64,000 nt of DNA from the human T2T-CHM13v2.0 reference genome, Homo sapiens, in assembly GCF_009914755.1 (NCBI RefSeq), contig NC_060927.1. One strand, given 5' to 3'. Below, piece by piece: positions 14,241 to 33,089 of this stretch. Under the pieces are notes generated by a model. The model saw only the letters and a program-made list of their open reading frames with translations, was not told the origin of the DNA and did no database searches. The stretch's first letter is position 1; the number at the start of each line of letters is the position of its first letter. A program made the position numbers and the translations under genes.

Positions 14241-17049
14241 AAGGCCCATTTTTTGTAGTTGGATTCAGAACCCCAGACAATATTGACAGGCCCTTCCTCA
14301 CTTCCTATCACACTTGCCCAGTCTGCAAAATCACAGCAAGCCAGATGGAACTTGAAATAGAGAATGCCATGACATAGGCCTGGCTGTAGGAAAACCTAGC
14401 TAACCCCAGATTTGCCAAGCTGATGGCCACTTGTGGGAGATCTGTTGCATAGAATAAGGCCTGGCACAAGCTGACCCTTGGCTGCTGCCCCTGACGGCAG
14501 ATCTGGTGAAACTTTTCTCTAAAAGAGGCCCTAGTGCTCAGGCTGACTGGGATGCCAACAGAGGTAGGAGGGCTATTTCAACCCCTTTCACCAGGGAGTG
14601 TAGAAACTGGGCTTTATTTTTCACAGCCCCTGTCCAGGCATCTCCATTCAGAGCAGGACATCAGAGAGTCTGGCTGCAGCCAGGGCCAGCTGGGAAGGCC
14701 AGGATTCCGCAGGCCTGTGCTTGGCAGGGCCCTCAGGGCCGGCAGAGTGCTTGGCAGGGAGCCAGGAGGACAGGGCACTTTAGCTGGGCAACCGCAGGAC
14801 AGACGCTGTGCCTTATGGTGGGGAAGGGAGTCGGGGAGCAGCCAGCCAGAGCCAGCCCCTGGGAAAGCCAGAGCAGGAGCTGAGGGCAGCAGCTGTGCCT
14901 GCCGCCTGCCCACCCTGGGGCTGAACAACAAGGTTTCCCTCCCCTCTGCTGGGCACTTCCTGGGAGAACCAGGCATGGGATCGGGGAGGGGAGAGAGACT
15001 CGGGGGCTGTGGGGGGATGGTGGTGGGGGTGGCATGGGGGCAGGTAAACAAACAGAGGACTAGGGGTAGGCAAGGGAAAGGGCTGTCCCTCTGCCACTGG
15101 AGGTCATTGGGCACATAGCCTCTAAATCCTATCATGTCCTCAGAAGCAGCTGTGCTCCTCCTCCACCCCCATGTCCCCTCTCTGGCCTCCCCCCAGGCTG
15201 TCTCACCCTCTGCTGGGCCTGCCTTAGGTGGGTGCTGCTGGGCCACTGCTTTGCTGAGTCTCCCTCTGTCTCTGGGCACCTATGGCGCAACCATCTCTCA
15301 CGTGGTCTCTCACTGTCTCTGCTTTGTCATCCATGCCCAAGGCCCCTCACTCTCAGACTGTGTCCCTCAGATGTTTGTGTGAACCTCCATCCCATAAGTC
15401 TGAGGTCTGCAACCCTCCGCAGGCTCTTTCCATGGTGGGCCCTGCATGAGTGATGGGAGGGCCAGTGGAGAGGTGTGCAGGGGTCTTCATGCCTTGCAGC
15501 TGGGTGACGCTTTCCTCAGCCCCAAGCCCCTTCTGTGTGTTGGAAGGTGTGGGAGTGGGGATCTGCAGAGCAGCCATAGTATATTTTCAGGTCCAGGGTT
15601 CAGCCTGGTGCCCAACGCCGCTGGCAAAGGCAGGTTGCAAAGATTCTGCTCAGGACCTATTGCCTTTGGCCTGCACCTCACTCCTCCAAGGGGCTCTTTT
15701 CTTCAGAAGCTTTAGCAGTAGCCCCCTCCTCCTCCTCCTAAAGCAGTGAGAGAACAACTTTCTGCCATCACTGGTGGGAGCCATGCCTACTCTTGCATGT
15801 CTTGCTTTGTAAGGTGGCTGTGCCTGGAATTCTGCATGGCAAATCCCCGGAGGTGCTACCAGGCTGGAGATATTGCTACTCCAAATATTCATGGGTCCAT
15901 TAGTTAGGAAAATGAGGAAAATGGATACTGGCTAGGCAAGTGCAGTCTGCCTCAACTTCTATAGTGAAAAAAGAATAAAAATCCAAACAATTCCCTACCA
16001 ATTCAACAAAAGACAACAAAAGTGAAAATGAAAAAAAAAATAGCTGGAAATTATGAAGCAATATGGCAATAAGTCAAAGCATATTAGAAATGAAAATAAC
16101 TGTGAATGTGTAGTAGTGTCTATCAAAATACAGAGACTTTCTTGCTGGATCAAAAGAGAAACACATGTATTTTGTGCACAGAAGGAGATGGGAATTTGAA
16201 AATAAAGGAGTGGGTAAGGATACAGCATGGAGGGACTCCTGCTTCTAGTAATGATGTGCTAAGGAGCTGGAATGGTCCTTTTGCTGAAGGTAACTAGAAA
16301 AGCTGATCAATGTACATTTTAAGTTTCTGTTTGAAGAAATTCAAAACAAACAATACAGTAAAAAAAAAAAAAATCACTGGGTCATGATCCAAAGAAAGAC
16401 TCTCAGAGATGCAAATCTTGTCCTGTGGATATTCTCCAATTGCTTCATCAAAAAATGCTTTCTGCACCTTCCCGGTCCCACAAGTTCTTCTCACCACTTA
16501 CCCTGCCCTCCACCTAGCACCTGTCTTTTCCACACCCCTCGTCCTACTATCTTCACCCTGATATCCACCCCCAGCCTTAACTGCCCTCCTCCTCTTCCCT
16601 ACATTCCCCCCAGGGCTCCACTGCAGCCTCCCCAGTACTCATCCTAAACATTTCAAATGTACTCTAGTGACCCCTGGGCAGAAACTCTGAGGGGGACCAG
16701 GGTCTGATGCTGACCCCTCAGGCCGTGGCCAGAGGACCTTCTGCTGAGCATTGACCTGCAGCACCAGGTGGCTTTTCAGTGGTCGGGATCAGGCAGAGAT
16801 GGTGCCGGCTTCTGCAGTGGCTGTGCTGACTCATCTTCTGACTGCGACAGGAGAGCAGTCAAAGACATTTGTACCCCAGCTGGGGCCTCAGAGGTACCCT
16901 CAGTGTGTGTCCTGCTCTCCCAGGAGGCTGATAACTGGGTGCCCTGCAGACAGGACAGACACAGGGAGTTCAGCCACAGTGAGGGTGTGTGCCCTGTCCC
17001 TCCAATTCTACTAGCCTCATCAAAGATAATCATTGATAAATTTTAGTTG

Positions 17050-18290
<1,241 letters not shown>

Positions 18291-18551
18291 TTATATGGCT
18301 CAATTGTTTCATTGAACTGAAATCCATGTGACTGAATTTTGTATTTGATGGAGGTTTAGGTTGTCTCAATTTTTGTTTTTATCAACTAGATTGAAAGCAT
18401 TAACTATATACCTCTTTGTGCTAATTAGCCAGTATTTCCAGTGGCTTGCTTTTGTAGTCAAATTGTGGCCATGTCTGCAAAAAAGAATGGACAAGAGTTC
18501 CACATATTCGCTGGAAAAGACTCAGCTGTTGGAAGCCATTCTGATGCCAGA

Positions 18552-18575
18552 GTCATAGGTGCCCTTATGACATCA
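18552..18575 (+). promoter_or_regulatory. IQCF4P proximal promoter motif with CRE-like TGACATCA
   Basis: gtcataggtgcccttaTGACATCA about 145 bp upstream of the ATG; paralogous to the motif upstream of IQCF3. Confidence 0.55.
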
Positions 18576-19899
18576 TCACACTCTCTCTTCCTTCACACTT
18601 CCTGCCACAGTGGTGGCTAGAGAAGTACAGACCTGAGTATAATGGAGACCTCTAGCCTCTAATCATGGGCACTAAAGGGGATTGCAGACTTGAAGGGATT
18701 GAACCAACTACTGCAAGTCATGGGCATTCAATGTTTTGTAAGAGACAACCAGTCAATTCAAAGATGCAGGCAGGCGGAGGTGAATTCCCACAGTTAATCA
18801 GGATGCAAGCCCTGTGTCTGGGTCTCTGGGAAAGCCAAGAGGTTAAGGATGTGGTGAACTTGGCTGAAAACTGGGTATCCTGCAGGCAATACAGACACAG
18901 GGGATTCAGTCACAGTGAGGGAGAGTGCCTTGAGTTCTACAAATAACTACCTATCCATACCTCACCTCTTTAAAATCTGATTACAGAAGGATGGCCATGT
19001 TCGCCAAAGCATAATGGAAGATGTTGATGAAACCGCACTGTTGAAACAAATGGAGCGGGAGAAAATGCCTCCTCCTCCAAAGCCAAAGGTAAGTCAGAAC
19101 AGGCCCTCAAGGTTGGAAGAGACCCCACACCTGCAACATCTCTGACCTGTGCCACCCAGTAGTGGTGGTTGTCTTCTCTGTGGCTCATAGAATTGGTTAA
19201 TTATGGAATTTCTTGTCCAAACTAGGAAACGTTTGTGAGTGAAAGGTGTTGCTATTAATCCTTACTCAGGAACAACCACCATAAACCAAGAATATCCCAG
19301 GCCAACAAGGACATAGTCGTTGTATTCAAAGCTGCAATAAATAGAGATTGACTCATCCTGGGCTATCTTCTTCTCCCATTTCCTTATGAGTCTGGGAAAG
19401 GTGGGTGACTGAGGCATGGAGACTTGGATGTAGGAAAGAGAAACCCTGAAAAGTGGAAAGCAGACATGCAACATTGGAGCATGGCATGGTGAGGGCTCTG
19501 TTTGGGGAATGCATGGCCATAAAGGGAAACCCAAGTCTTGAATTGGGTGGGATGTGGGGGAGTGTGCACATGAGTCCACTTATGTGTAGGTAAGCTGAAG
19601 TTAAAAGAAGTTTTAACAAGAAAAAGTGTGTTAAAAGAAGTGAAAGTAAGAAGTAGGTGAAAAAGACTCCAAACTGTGTGGAGCAGGGAAACTTTGACTA
19701 CTATGACGTGACAGCAGGAAAGAGCAGGCTGTGGATTTCACTTGGAGTTAGAAATAAGAGGGCATGGCCAGCAAAGGAGACACTTCTCTGGCAGGTGGGA
19801 GAGGTCTGAAGGGATGGGTCATGGGTCTCAGGAGATGGTCAGGCCTAGGTGAAATGTGTTAACACTTTGGCCCTACATCACAGTGTCCTTACTCTAGAC

Positions 19900-20060
19900 T
19901 GGCCAACAAGGTTTGCAAAAACCTGGGCAAGGTAGCTAGGGCAGGTGTACCCCCATTTTGCAGATGGGAACATTGAGATTCAGAGGTGAAGGTGAGGTGG
20001 CCATGTCCATTGGCCTGTGGGTGGCAGAGGGGGTACAACCTGGTCTCCTGAGTTAGGTGT
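19900..20060. mobile_element. MIR fragment in IQCF4P intron 2
   Basis: cccattttgcagatgggaacattgagattcagaggtgaaggtgaggtggcc, the MIR core. Confidence 0.65.
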
Positions 20061-20255
20061 TGCCCTGCCCAGTGCTCCTGAACTTTACAGGAAAGGGCCA
20101 TTGTAGAGTACCTGGCCACTTCCTCTCACCCACTGGGGCTGATGTTTGTGAGGAAAATGTCCTGACTTTTCTTTCTTTTCTTGCAACCTCTCCTCCTTTT
20201 CCAAATGAAGCCCCCCACTGACAAGGTACTGGCAGCAAAAAAGATCCAGTCCTGA

Positions 20256-20636
<381 letters not shown>

Positions 20637-21432
20637 TGACAAGGTGCTCCAACTATGTGTCCCTAGTTCTCTATTAAGCAAACTCCGAGAGATCTTTGCC
20701 TCAGCAAAGGGTCAGGGAAATGAGGACAGGTACCTGGCATCTCACAGGTCAGCTCTGAGGAGTCAGCCGGCTTGTCTGGGGTCCTGTGGGGAGAAGGATG
20801 TGACAGCCCCATGCTGAAGGAGCAGGGCTTGTGAGAGATAGCAATGTCGGCCATGGGTGAGCGAGTTGGGGTTGCAGAGCCACCAAGAAGGCCAGCTCCG
20901 GGAAGACTGGTTCCCGCTGTGGTATGTGTAATGGCGCCCCCTGTGGCCATGCAGTATGGAGGCCTGTGCCATCCTTTGCTCTTAATCCTCCAGCGTCTTC
21001 CCTTAACACTTAGAGCAAGTTCAAAAGCTCTCCCTGGGTCTACATAACCCTGCATAGTCTGGTCCTGGCCATCTCATCCTCTTTATGTCCTCCCTGGCTG
21101 CTCTGCTATTTAGCAACTATCCCAAGCGTGTTCCATCTGAGAACTTTGCCCTGCTGCCTGCTCTCCTAGGGCCGTCGGCTTCTGGATGGAGCTCCCGCTC
21201 CATGCAGGTTTGTCTCTGTGCAAAGGCGCCCTCTCCAGCTCCTCAGTCTGCCTTCCTGTTTTCAAAGTCCTCATCACTACTTGAGCTTGTCTTACCTGAT
21301 TGTCTATTTTCTTTTTCCTTCTAGAGGGTGGCCTCCAGGAGAGCAGGATTCTGGGGTCAGTGCTGGGTTCCCAGGACCTAGAATGGGGCTTGGAACATAG
21401 TGGTTCTCTCTCTATGTATCTACACATATGTA

Positions 21433-21666
21433 CAGGTTCAGTATCCTTATCTGAAATGCTTAGGAGCAGAATAGCTTCAGAGTTCAGATTTTGGGGGATG
21501 TTGGAATATTTACTTTTTACTTACATATTCAGCATCCCTCATCTGAAAATCAAAATCCAAAATTCTCCAACAGCATTGTCTTTGAGCTTCATTTTGGCAC
21601 ACAAAAAAACTTCCTATTTAGTAGCATTTTGGGGTTTGAATATTTAGATTAGGAGTACTCAATCTG
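21433..21666 (+). mobile_element. Tigger4/MER46-type Tc1-mariner MITE
   Basis: TA-flanked, with imperfect TIRs caggttcagtatcc ... ggagtactcaatctg. Confidence 0.75.
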
Positions 21667-22080
21667 TATATATTTAGATATCCAAACTACCCAATCCAGA
21701 GCAGACCTCCTGCACCTGGCTCTTACACCCCAGGAGGCAATATTCCTCTCCCTTAATTATTCCTGGGCAGGTACCAGAACACTAGGGACCACCTCTACAG
21801 CTTAGAACTCGCCACATTATGCCAACCAGCCAACCCTAAATGCTTTACCCTGCCCTGCCTTGCCTTTCCCTCAGAAACTCAATTAAGACCATGACTTCAG
21901 ATCTCCCCTTGCTTCTTCCTCTGCCACCTGAACAAAGCCTGGAGCTTCCCTTGTCACCCTGCATGGCATGTTGCCCACTGTAAGAACCAGGTCCTGTGAG
22001 TGTAATAAACTTAGTTTTCTTGAGTTTCTTTTTGTCTCTGCTTGTGGCCACACCTGACTCATTAAAAAAACAGGAAGTGG

Positions 22081-22380
22081 GGCCGGGCGCGGTGGCTCAC
22101 GCCTGTAATCCCAGCATTTTGGGAGGCCGAGATGGGTGGATCATGAGGTCAGGAGTTCGAGACCAGCCTGACCAACATGGAGAAACCCCGTCTCTACTAA
22201 AAATGCAAAAATTAGCTAGGCGTGGTGGCACGTGCCTGTAATCCCAGCTACTCAGGAGCCTGAGGCAGGAGAATCGCCTGAACCTGGGAGGTGGAGGTTG
22301 CATTGACCCAAGAGCACACCACTGCACTCCAGTCTGGGGGACAGAGTGAGACCCTGTCTCAAAAAAAAAAAAAAAAAAAA
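22081..22380 (+). mobile_element. Alu (AluS-like), followed by (TG)n at 22387-22422
   Basis: Full dimer, poly(A), adjacent GT microsatellite. Confidence 0.95.
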
Positions 22381-22383
22381 AAG

Positions 22384-22423
<40 letters not shown>

Positions 22424-22479
22424 TCTGTAAGTTTGAAGTGATCTTCATGTAACATAAGACTAATCATTTTTAGATTAAC

Positions 22480-23560
22480 CATGTAAGATTAACCACTAAA
22501 CTAAAATTAACAATTCGATGGTATTTAGCAGATTCACAATGTTAAGCAACCACCATCTCTATAAAGTTCTCAGACATTTTGATCACAGTAAAAGAAAATC
22601 CCATTGATATGGTTTGACTCTGTGTCCCCACCCAAATCTCATCTTGTAGCTCCCATAATTCCCACGTGTTGTGGGAGGAACCTGGTGGGAGATGATTGAA
22701 TCATGGGGGTGGGTCTTTTCTATGCTGTTCTCGTGACAGTAAATGGGTCTCATGGATCTGATGGTTTTAAAAACGGGAGTTTCTCTGCACAAGCTCTCTC
22801 TTTGCCTGCTGCCATCCATGTAAGGTGTGACTTGCTCCTCCTTACCTTCTGCTATGATTGTGAGGCCTCCCCAGCCATGTGGAACTGTAAGTCCAACAAA
22901 CCTCCTTCTTTTATAAATTGCCCAATCTCAAGTATGTGTTTATCAGCAGCGTGAAAAAGGACTAATACACCCATATTCATTAAACTACCATTTTCCATTA
23001 TCCCCAGCCCCTGGCAACCCCCAGTCTGCATCTGTCTTCATGAATTTACCTACTCTAGATTTTCCACATAAATGGAATTGTACAATATTTTGTGTCTGGC
23101 TTCTTTCACTGAACATAATGTTTCCAAGTTTCATCCATGTTGTAGCATATATTATTACTTTTTATCCTGAGTAATATTCCATTGTATGGATATGCCACAC
23201 TTTGCTTATCCATTCATCATTGATGGACATTTGGATGTTTGCACCTTTGGCTCTTGTGAATAAACCTGTTGTGAATATCTAGCAGCTACATCATTTTACA
23301 TTCCCTCCAGCAATGTACAAGGGTTCTGATTTTTGTACATCCTTGCCAACATTCACTATTTTCTCTTTTTAAAAAAATTATAACCATTCTAGTTGGTGTG
23401 ATGTGATATTTAATTGTGGGCTTGATTTGCATTTCCCTAATAACTAATGATGCTGACTTAGGTGCATGGTCTCCATTTGAATACCATCTTTGGACAAATG
23501 TATATTCAAGTCCCTTGCAATAATTTTAATTAGTTGGTGATTGTCTTTTTGTTGCTTTAA
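22480..23560 (-). mobile_element. Old L1 3' region
   Basis: cccagcccctggcaaccccc, tgtctggcttctttcactgaacataatg and gatttgcatttccctaat motifs. Confidence 0.75.
22605..22969 (+). mobile_element. THE1 (MaLR) solo LTR inserted in an old L1
   Basis: tgatatggtttg...ggactaataca, 365 bp, exact 5-bp TSD CCCAT (22600-22604 and 22970-22974). Confidence 0.92.
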
Positions 23561-24849
23561 TAAACATTTATCTGATGAACGAATACACGATTCACAATTC
23601 CATCCAGATCTTAGATCTGTGGCTTCAGCACAGTTGAAATCCTACTGCCTAGAAACAACTATCCCACCATCCCTGAATGATTCTGTCAGCCAACCACCCT
23701 AGATCCCTCATACCCAATAGGCATGTTGTTCTCAGCCTCAGTCTCTCTGCGTTATCGTTTCTCTCTGGCAGTGTTCCCAAGTGTGTGAGTGAGTGTGTCT
23801 GTGTGCACAGCGTGGTGGGGCAAGGTCTATTGTTGCCCCTCCACTTCATGGGTGCATGCTGCTCTCTTTCTCTGTGGGGTTTTGCCTGTCTCTGTCTCTG
23901 TCTCTGCCTACCTCTCATAATGTTGTCTTTCACTCTGTCTCTTCCACTCCTCAGTATCTTTCCCCATTGGCTTCTGCTTCCCTCTGTCTACTCTCTGCTA
24001 ATGTCATGTCTCCTTCCACCTCTTGGACTCACTGCATTTTCTGGATCTGTAAATGGCCGGTAAAGATTATTATTTCAGCAGCCAGTTCTCAGACAATCAA
24101 TTTGCTTTTCTAAATCATGATTACCCTTTGTCTCCAATAGCCCCACAACCATGGGATGGAGAAGCCTTAGAGAAGGTACCAACGTAGTTGCTCCTGCATG
24201 ATGGAGGCATGACTCACTCAGGCTTATCAATCCAGGATGTGCAAGTGCTGAGAGGAATATCAGAACACTTGATGCATATGGTCACTTAATGCATATGATT
24301 GGTTCAGGGCTGAGCATGAGACCCAAACCAGGTCAATAATCCTCAGCTTTTGTGCTATCTTGGAACTACTGGGTTTGCTAACTATAGGGATTATGTAAGC
24401 AGAGCTGCTGGGGACACCACACAGAAAAAGCTTGCTGAGAATGAAGCCAACCGAGGAAAGTACAGTCAAGGGATGGAAAGGGAGGAACTAAGCGTAGCCA
24501 TGCCTGAAGCTTGCCTAGCTGTCCTACGGGAAATTTTAATTTTGTGAGTCAAGACATCCCCATTTTCACTCCAGTCAGTTTGCCAGGCCAGATATCTAAA
24601 GAGTAAGACATTTCACTGGATTAATAAACAAAGAGGTTTAATATTATGTGAGCAACGTTTCAGGAAGTGGTTTTCAAACACTGGTTTTTGAATCAGAAAC
24701 TTGACAGAAGGTGTGCCTAGGGAGTTCTTGACAGTAAACATGGAATTGTCTCTCAATTAATACACGCAGAAGACCAGAACATTCCTGTAATGCAGAAAAC
24801 TACAATGAAAGGGAATCTGCTGTGGATAAATCAGCTCACACCTAGAATC

Positions 24850-25040
24850 AGAATGGCCAGAGGGTACATCAAACGTGGATTGGTCACAGCTTTGACCTAT
24901 AGGTCACAGCCCAGATTACTGGGCCTTACCTAGCACTTCTGATTCACTGTATCAGGATCGCAGGATATGTGTTTCTAACAAGATTCCAGGTGATGCTGTG
25001 GCTGCTGCTCTGGGGCCGCCCACCCTAAAAACCACTGGGG
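24850..25040. mobile_element. MER5A-like hAT MITE
   Basis: ttctgattca...ttctaacaagattccaggtgatgctg...aaaaccactgg. Confidence 0.6.
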
Positions 25041-26121
25041 CGGAGCCTAGATATATCAGGATGAAGGTGGCTGTGAGTGACAGCACAACCAAAGAAACAG
25101 TGGTTTCAATAAATGAGAAGATTTTTTTCTCTTTCCCATGTAAGTCCAGTACAGGTGATCCAGACCTGATATGGCGCTCCACAGGGTGAGGAATCCTGGC
25201 CCCTCAAATGTGTTACTCTGCTATGTATTGCCTCCATTTCCAAGGTCATTATTGATTCAAAAATGGTTGCTTCAAACTCAGTAATTACATTCACAATCCA
25301 GCCAGCAACAAGGAAGAAAGAGCAAAAACAAGGCGTACTCCTTATCCTTGACATTGCACGTGCCACTTTGCCCACAGCTCAGAAGAACATAAAAGAAGAC
25401 CTGAACAAAGGAGAGATATAGTATATTTATTGATAGAATTTCTTAGCATTGTAAAATTGTCACTTGTCTCCAACATAATCTAGTAAACTCACATTCCAAT
25501 AAAATAAAATTAAGGTCAATTCTAATCGAAATCTCATCATGACTTACGGGAACTTGACAAACTAATGCAAAAAAAACATATTGCAGAATTAATTTCCACA
25601 GTTCATTAAATCAATTTTGAAAACAGAATAGAAAAGTGTTCACAGACACTAAAATGTGTTACAAAATGATTAGTGTGAAATTGAGGTACTGGCTACTAAG
25701 AATCTAAATAGGAAATAAACATTTATTTATGAAATTGTTGTGTTCACCCCATCCTCCTCCTTAACGCACAGAGCCAGGCAAGAGTTCTCTCCCCACCTTG
25801 GCAGAAGACAGGTTTATTTACTAGATAAGTTGAACCAGAGAGCATCTGAATGCAGGGAATGCAGGCATAGCTGGCGACAGTGGTGAAGCACCATACCAAA
25901 AACCAAGGGAGTATGTGAAAGTGTACAGGCTAAATAGAGAAGCCTCCAGCCCTCTCTGCCAAATCAGCTCCCCAAAGGCTTGCAGACAGGTTTCATTATC
26001 CTACTCTCTTACCCAAGGTTCTGGGATTTCTATCTGAGAAAACTGAGACAAAAACAAAAACAGAAGAGAAGGGCTTAAAAGAAATATTAGAGACAAGAGA
26101 AAAGGTTAAAAACCGCACACA

Positions 26122-26667
<546 letters not shown>

Positions 26668-27093
26668 CTACACTATTCTATTGGCCAAAACAGGTCGTAT
26701 AGTCAAACTCAACGCCAGGAAGACATATTCCATCACCTTACAGGGAGAAACTGACACAAAAAGATGGAATATAGTGTAGAAAATATTAGAAACTTCGAGG
26801 ATCAATCTATGATTTGATTAATAGGATTTCTAAACATAGAAAGCTAAAAAAATTGAGGGGTAGAAATTATCAAAATAAAAAAAAGCAAATACAACAAAGT
26901 TTCCCAGTAAATGACATGAATTTTTAAATTAAAAGGCTAAACCACTGCCCAACACAATGAATGGTTAGAAAAACCAAAACACATCTCTAGGTATATCATC
27001 TTGTAGTTTCAGAACATCAGGGAAAGAGGAGATCCTAAAAGCTTCCAGAAAGAAAAAAAAAAATAGGTCACATTCCAGAGTGATAAAAGACAT

Positions 27094-27520
27094 TGTATTT
27101 GTCGGTTCTTGCACTGCTATAAAGAAGTACCTTTAAAAAAAAAAAGAAATAACTGAGACTGGGTAATTTATAAAGAAAAGAGGTTTAATTGTCTCACAGT
27201 TCTGCAGGCTGTCCAGGAAGCATAGGGGCTTCTGAGGAGGCATTGGGAAACTTACAAACATTGCAGACGGTGAAGGGGAAGCAGGAACATCTTACATGAG
27301 CAGGAGGAAGAGAGAGGGAGAGGTGCCACACTTAAACGACCAGATCTCACAATAACTCACTCACTCACTACTGCCATGACAACACTAAAGGTGATGGTGT
27401 TATACCTTGAGAAACCACCCCCATGATCCAGTCACCTCCCACAAGGCCCCACCTCCAACACTGGGAATTACAATTCAACATGAGATTTGGGCAAGGACCC
27501 AGATCCAAACCTCTAACAGA
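27094..27520 (-). mobile_element. MST (MaLR) LTR
   Basis: tgtatttgtcggttcttgcactgctataaag...ggattacaattcaacatgagatttggg-like terminal segment. Confidence 0.8.
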
Positions 27521-27555
27521 AAGTAGAACAAATTCTGAGAGAAAAATAATTTTCG

Positions 27556-27790
27556 AGCCTGGGCAACATGGTGAAACTCCATCTCTGCAAAAAATTAGCC
27601 AGGTACAGTGCCATGTGCCTGTAGTCCCAGCTACTCCAGAGGCCAAGGTGGGAAAATTGGTTGAGTTCACTAAGCCTGGGAGGTCGAGGCTCCAGTGAGC
27701 TGTGCTTGTGTTCCTACACTCCAGCCTGGGTGACAGAGAGAGATCCTCTCTCAAAAAAGCAAAAGAAAAGGAAAAAAAAAAAGGAAAGGA
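27556..27790 (+). mobile_element. 5'-truncated Alu (AluJ-like)
   Basis: gcctgggcaacatggtgaaactcc...ccagcctgggtgacagag plus A-rich tail. Confidence 0.8.
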
Positions 27791-28664
27791 ACAAAAAGTA
27801 ATTTTCTATCTAGAATGTAGTACCCTCTTTTCCCCAGATGCTTGCACAATCGCATATGTTCTAATTCCTATTATGAATTCCTTATCCCATAGCATCCAGA
27901 GTGGCTCTGCATCCCCAGTAAAACTGTGCCTGCAACACGTGGGATCCAGTAAGTAGGAGAGTCCTCACAGGGAAGAAGGGAAAGAAATTCCTAGGATGCT
28001 GGGGTGAGGGTACCCCAGAAGAATGACCAGGCAGCAGGCTTGAAGAGCAGCTACCCAGATTACACAGTGGTGCAGCGGTCCATGAAAAAAGCAGAGTTGA
28101 CGGATTATCCAAGTTTTGGTGGAAAGTTTGGGATAAATTAGTACAAACCATGGCAATCAAGAGCTCCAGGAAAAACAGACAGGAAATGCATGAAAGGCTA
28201 TGTCACAGCAATATGCCATGTTGCTAAGCCATGGACAGGATATAATCACAATGATGGAAGCCCTGAATGCTTATTGAACCAAAAACTGTGATGCTATAAT
28301 CATATAGAGAGGAGAGCAGAAGGATGGGAACAGGTAAATCTTCACTTCATGAAAAGAAGTCAAGAGGTAATATCTAAAAGAGAAAATAATTTTCAATATA
28401 GCATGTTATAGAGGTAAATCATAGGAGAAATATACAGAAGAGTTAAAAATAGTTGTCTCAGTGATGGGAGATTCTTTTGGGAGAGAATAAGACAGGAAAT
28501 GCATACTGTCCTTTTTTATTAATTACAATTTTTATAATTAATTTATAATTATGTTTATAATTTTTATAAATGCTAGATTATAATTATTCATAATTTTTAT
28601 AATTAATTTATCATTGTAAGTTTTTTTAAACAAGGTACATGAAGTTCTTTTTTGTTGGTGGTTT

Positions 28665-30035
<1,371 letters not shown>

Positions 30036-30379
30036 AATGTCTTATAAAAACATTTACATTAAATGTTAAAACACCTTAATGTAAAAGGTAGACCAGAATC
30101 TAATAGAAAAATCTATGATCCTGGATGGAAAAGCACTTTATTAGAAAACTACAAAAGCAGAATTGTAAAGGGGCAATGGATTTGAGCATATCAAAAATTA
30201 AAGATAACTGTGGAAGGAAAGGCAACCATGAAAAAAGTTAACAGGCAGATGACAATCTGAGAAATGATATTTGCACAATTTTTCCTCAACAGAGAGTTGC
30301 CCAAGGAAGTCAACAGGAGAGCCAGGTATTTTCTCTTTATCCATCAACTTTGAGCCTGGAAAAGGCACTGTGGCCCCTG

Positions 30380-30403
30380 GTCATAGTTGCCTTTGTGACA
30401 TCA
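30380..30403 (+). promoter_or_regulatory. IQCF3 proximal promoter motif with CRE-like TGACATCA
   Basis: gtcatagttgcctttgTGACATCA about 92 bp upstream of the ATG. Confidence 0.55.
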
Positions 30404-30494
30404 CGGCCATCTCTTTCTCCACCTTTCCTGCCCCTGCCAAGATCAGGAAACAGCAACCAGAGGGAGATGATCACCTGAACCACTGCTCCAAACC

Positions 30495-31820
<1,326 letters not shown>

Positions 31821-31856
31821 AAGGCCTGGGGCATGGAGAACAGGCTGCACTACCCT

Positions 31857-31862
31857 AATAAA
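31857..31862 (+). terminator. IQCF3 polyadenylation signal
   Basis: AATAAA 37 nt after the stop, followed by GT-rich ggttgtgtgag. Confidence 0.8.
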
Positions 31863-33089
31863 TGTCTGACCAGGTTGTGTGAGTCTCAGTGATTCCCCTC
31901 ACCACAGGGACCCCTTGGATTCATACCCCACTCTTTCTCTGCTTCTCTACGTGGGGAAAGACTTCAGCGTAAGTACTTCCTCGTTCCCCTCTCCCTGCCC
32001 CAGCAGGGACTATGGCCCCTGTGAGGACTGACAGTGGCCATATGCTGCTGCCTTTACATGCAAATTAGAAATTGCAGCCCAAGGCTGTCCTCGTGTGCAG
32101 AGCCAGATGTCTCACTCCACAGCCCTGGCATCATTCCTGTCTCCTGAGCTTGGAATCAGAAGGGTATGGGCTTCACTTTCCTGAAGAATCTGGGCACTCT
32201 CTTGGAAGACAGTTGTGTCTGAGGCCATGCTCTTTCATTCAACCATCAGGAGCCAACTGGGGCTTGCACAGGTTGGGTTTCTATTTGCCAAGTCCCTGAC
32301 AGAAGTCAGGCTGTCAGGCCCTTGGAGCACTCTCCTTGGAGCAGTGTTGTCCAGGGAAAGCACAGGAGGCTGTCCTTAGTGGCAACTGTGTGCAAGGTTT
32401 GTAAGCCTCATGCTAACGTGGAGGTTGATGGACAGGAATACCCCTTTTGGAAGCAGCTGATACCACGATCTTAAGGCACCTGAGCTCTGACTCCCTCCTG
32501 CCTCCTCAGCACCTGCTTCCCCAGGGCCCTGAACACAAACAGGGCTCCTACTGCCCTCACCTCCTCCCTGTGTGTGGCACCATAACCAGGGATTTCGGCA
32601 TGGACTGTGATGCTCCCAAACCCCCTGTTTTTCACCTCCAGTGATTTTTACTTCCCTCTGATCTCAGTCACCCACCTTAGACCATTGTCTCCCAAGCTGT
32701 CCATGGGGAAGGACCACTTCTTAAAAATGTCCAATTCATCACAGACCAGTTCATATGTAAAACATTAAAAATGAATTATGAGAAAAATATATGGAAAAGT
32801 CATAGAGAACAAAAGCCTTATTTTTATTTATTAGAACACATAATATTGGTATTTCAATTTGTTATAATAGTTTCTCCATGCTTATCCTCAATCTCTGTAC
32901 TTATATCATTGGTAACAAACAGTTCATACGCTGGGTCTGGTCCACAGACCACACTCTGGGTAGCATTGCCCCAGCCCTTGTCATCATTCATCAGTGACTA
33001 CAGCAATAACATTCATTTCAACCACCCTGGTCTCTGATTTGTTGTTGTTGTTGTTGCCTTCTATCCTCTAGGGCAACAACTTGTGCTTG

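Noticed and set aside
14534-15279. 194-aa and 221-aa ORFs as real CDS
   Set aside because: Non-ATG starts, overlap on both strands in GC-rich DNA, and no recognisable domain; kept only as a low-level finding.
22866-22878. PRDM9 hotspot motif in THE1
   Set aside because: The sequence is CCTCCCCAGCCAT, which does not fit CCTCCCTNNCCAC.
23677-24063. Hydrophobic 128-aa ORF resembling a membrane protein
   Set aside because: Artefact of CT/GT-rich low-complexity DNA.
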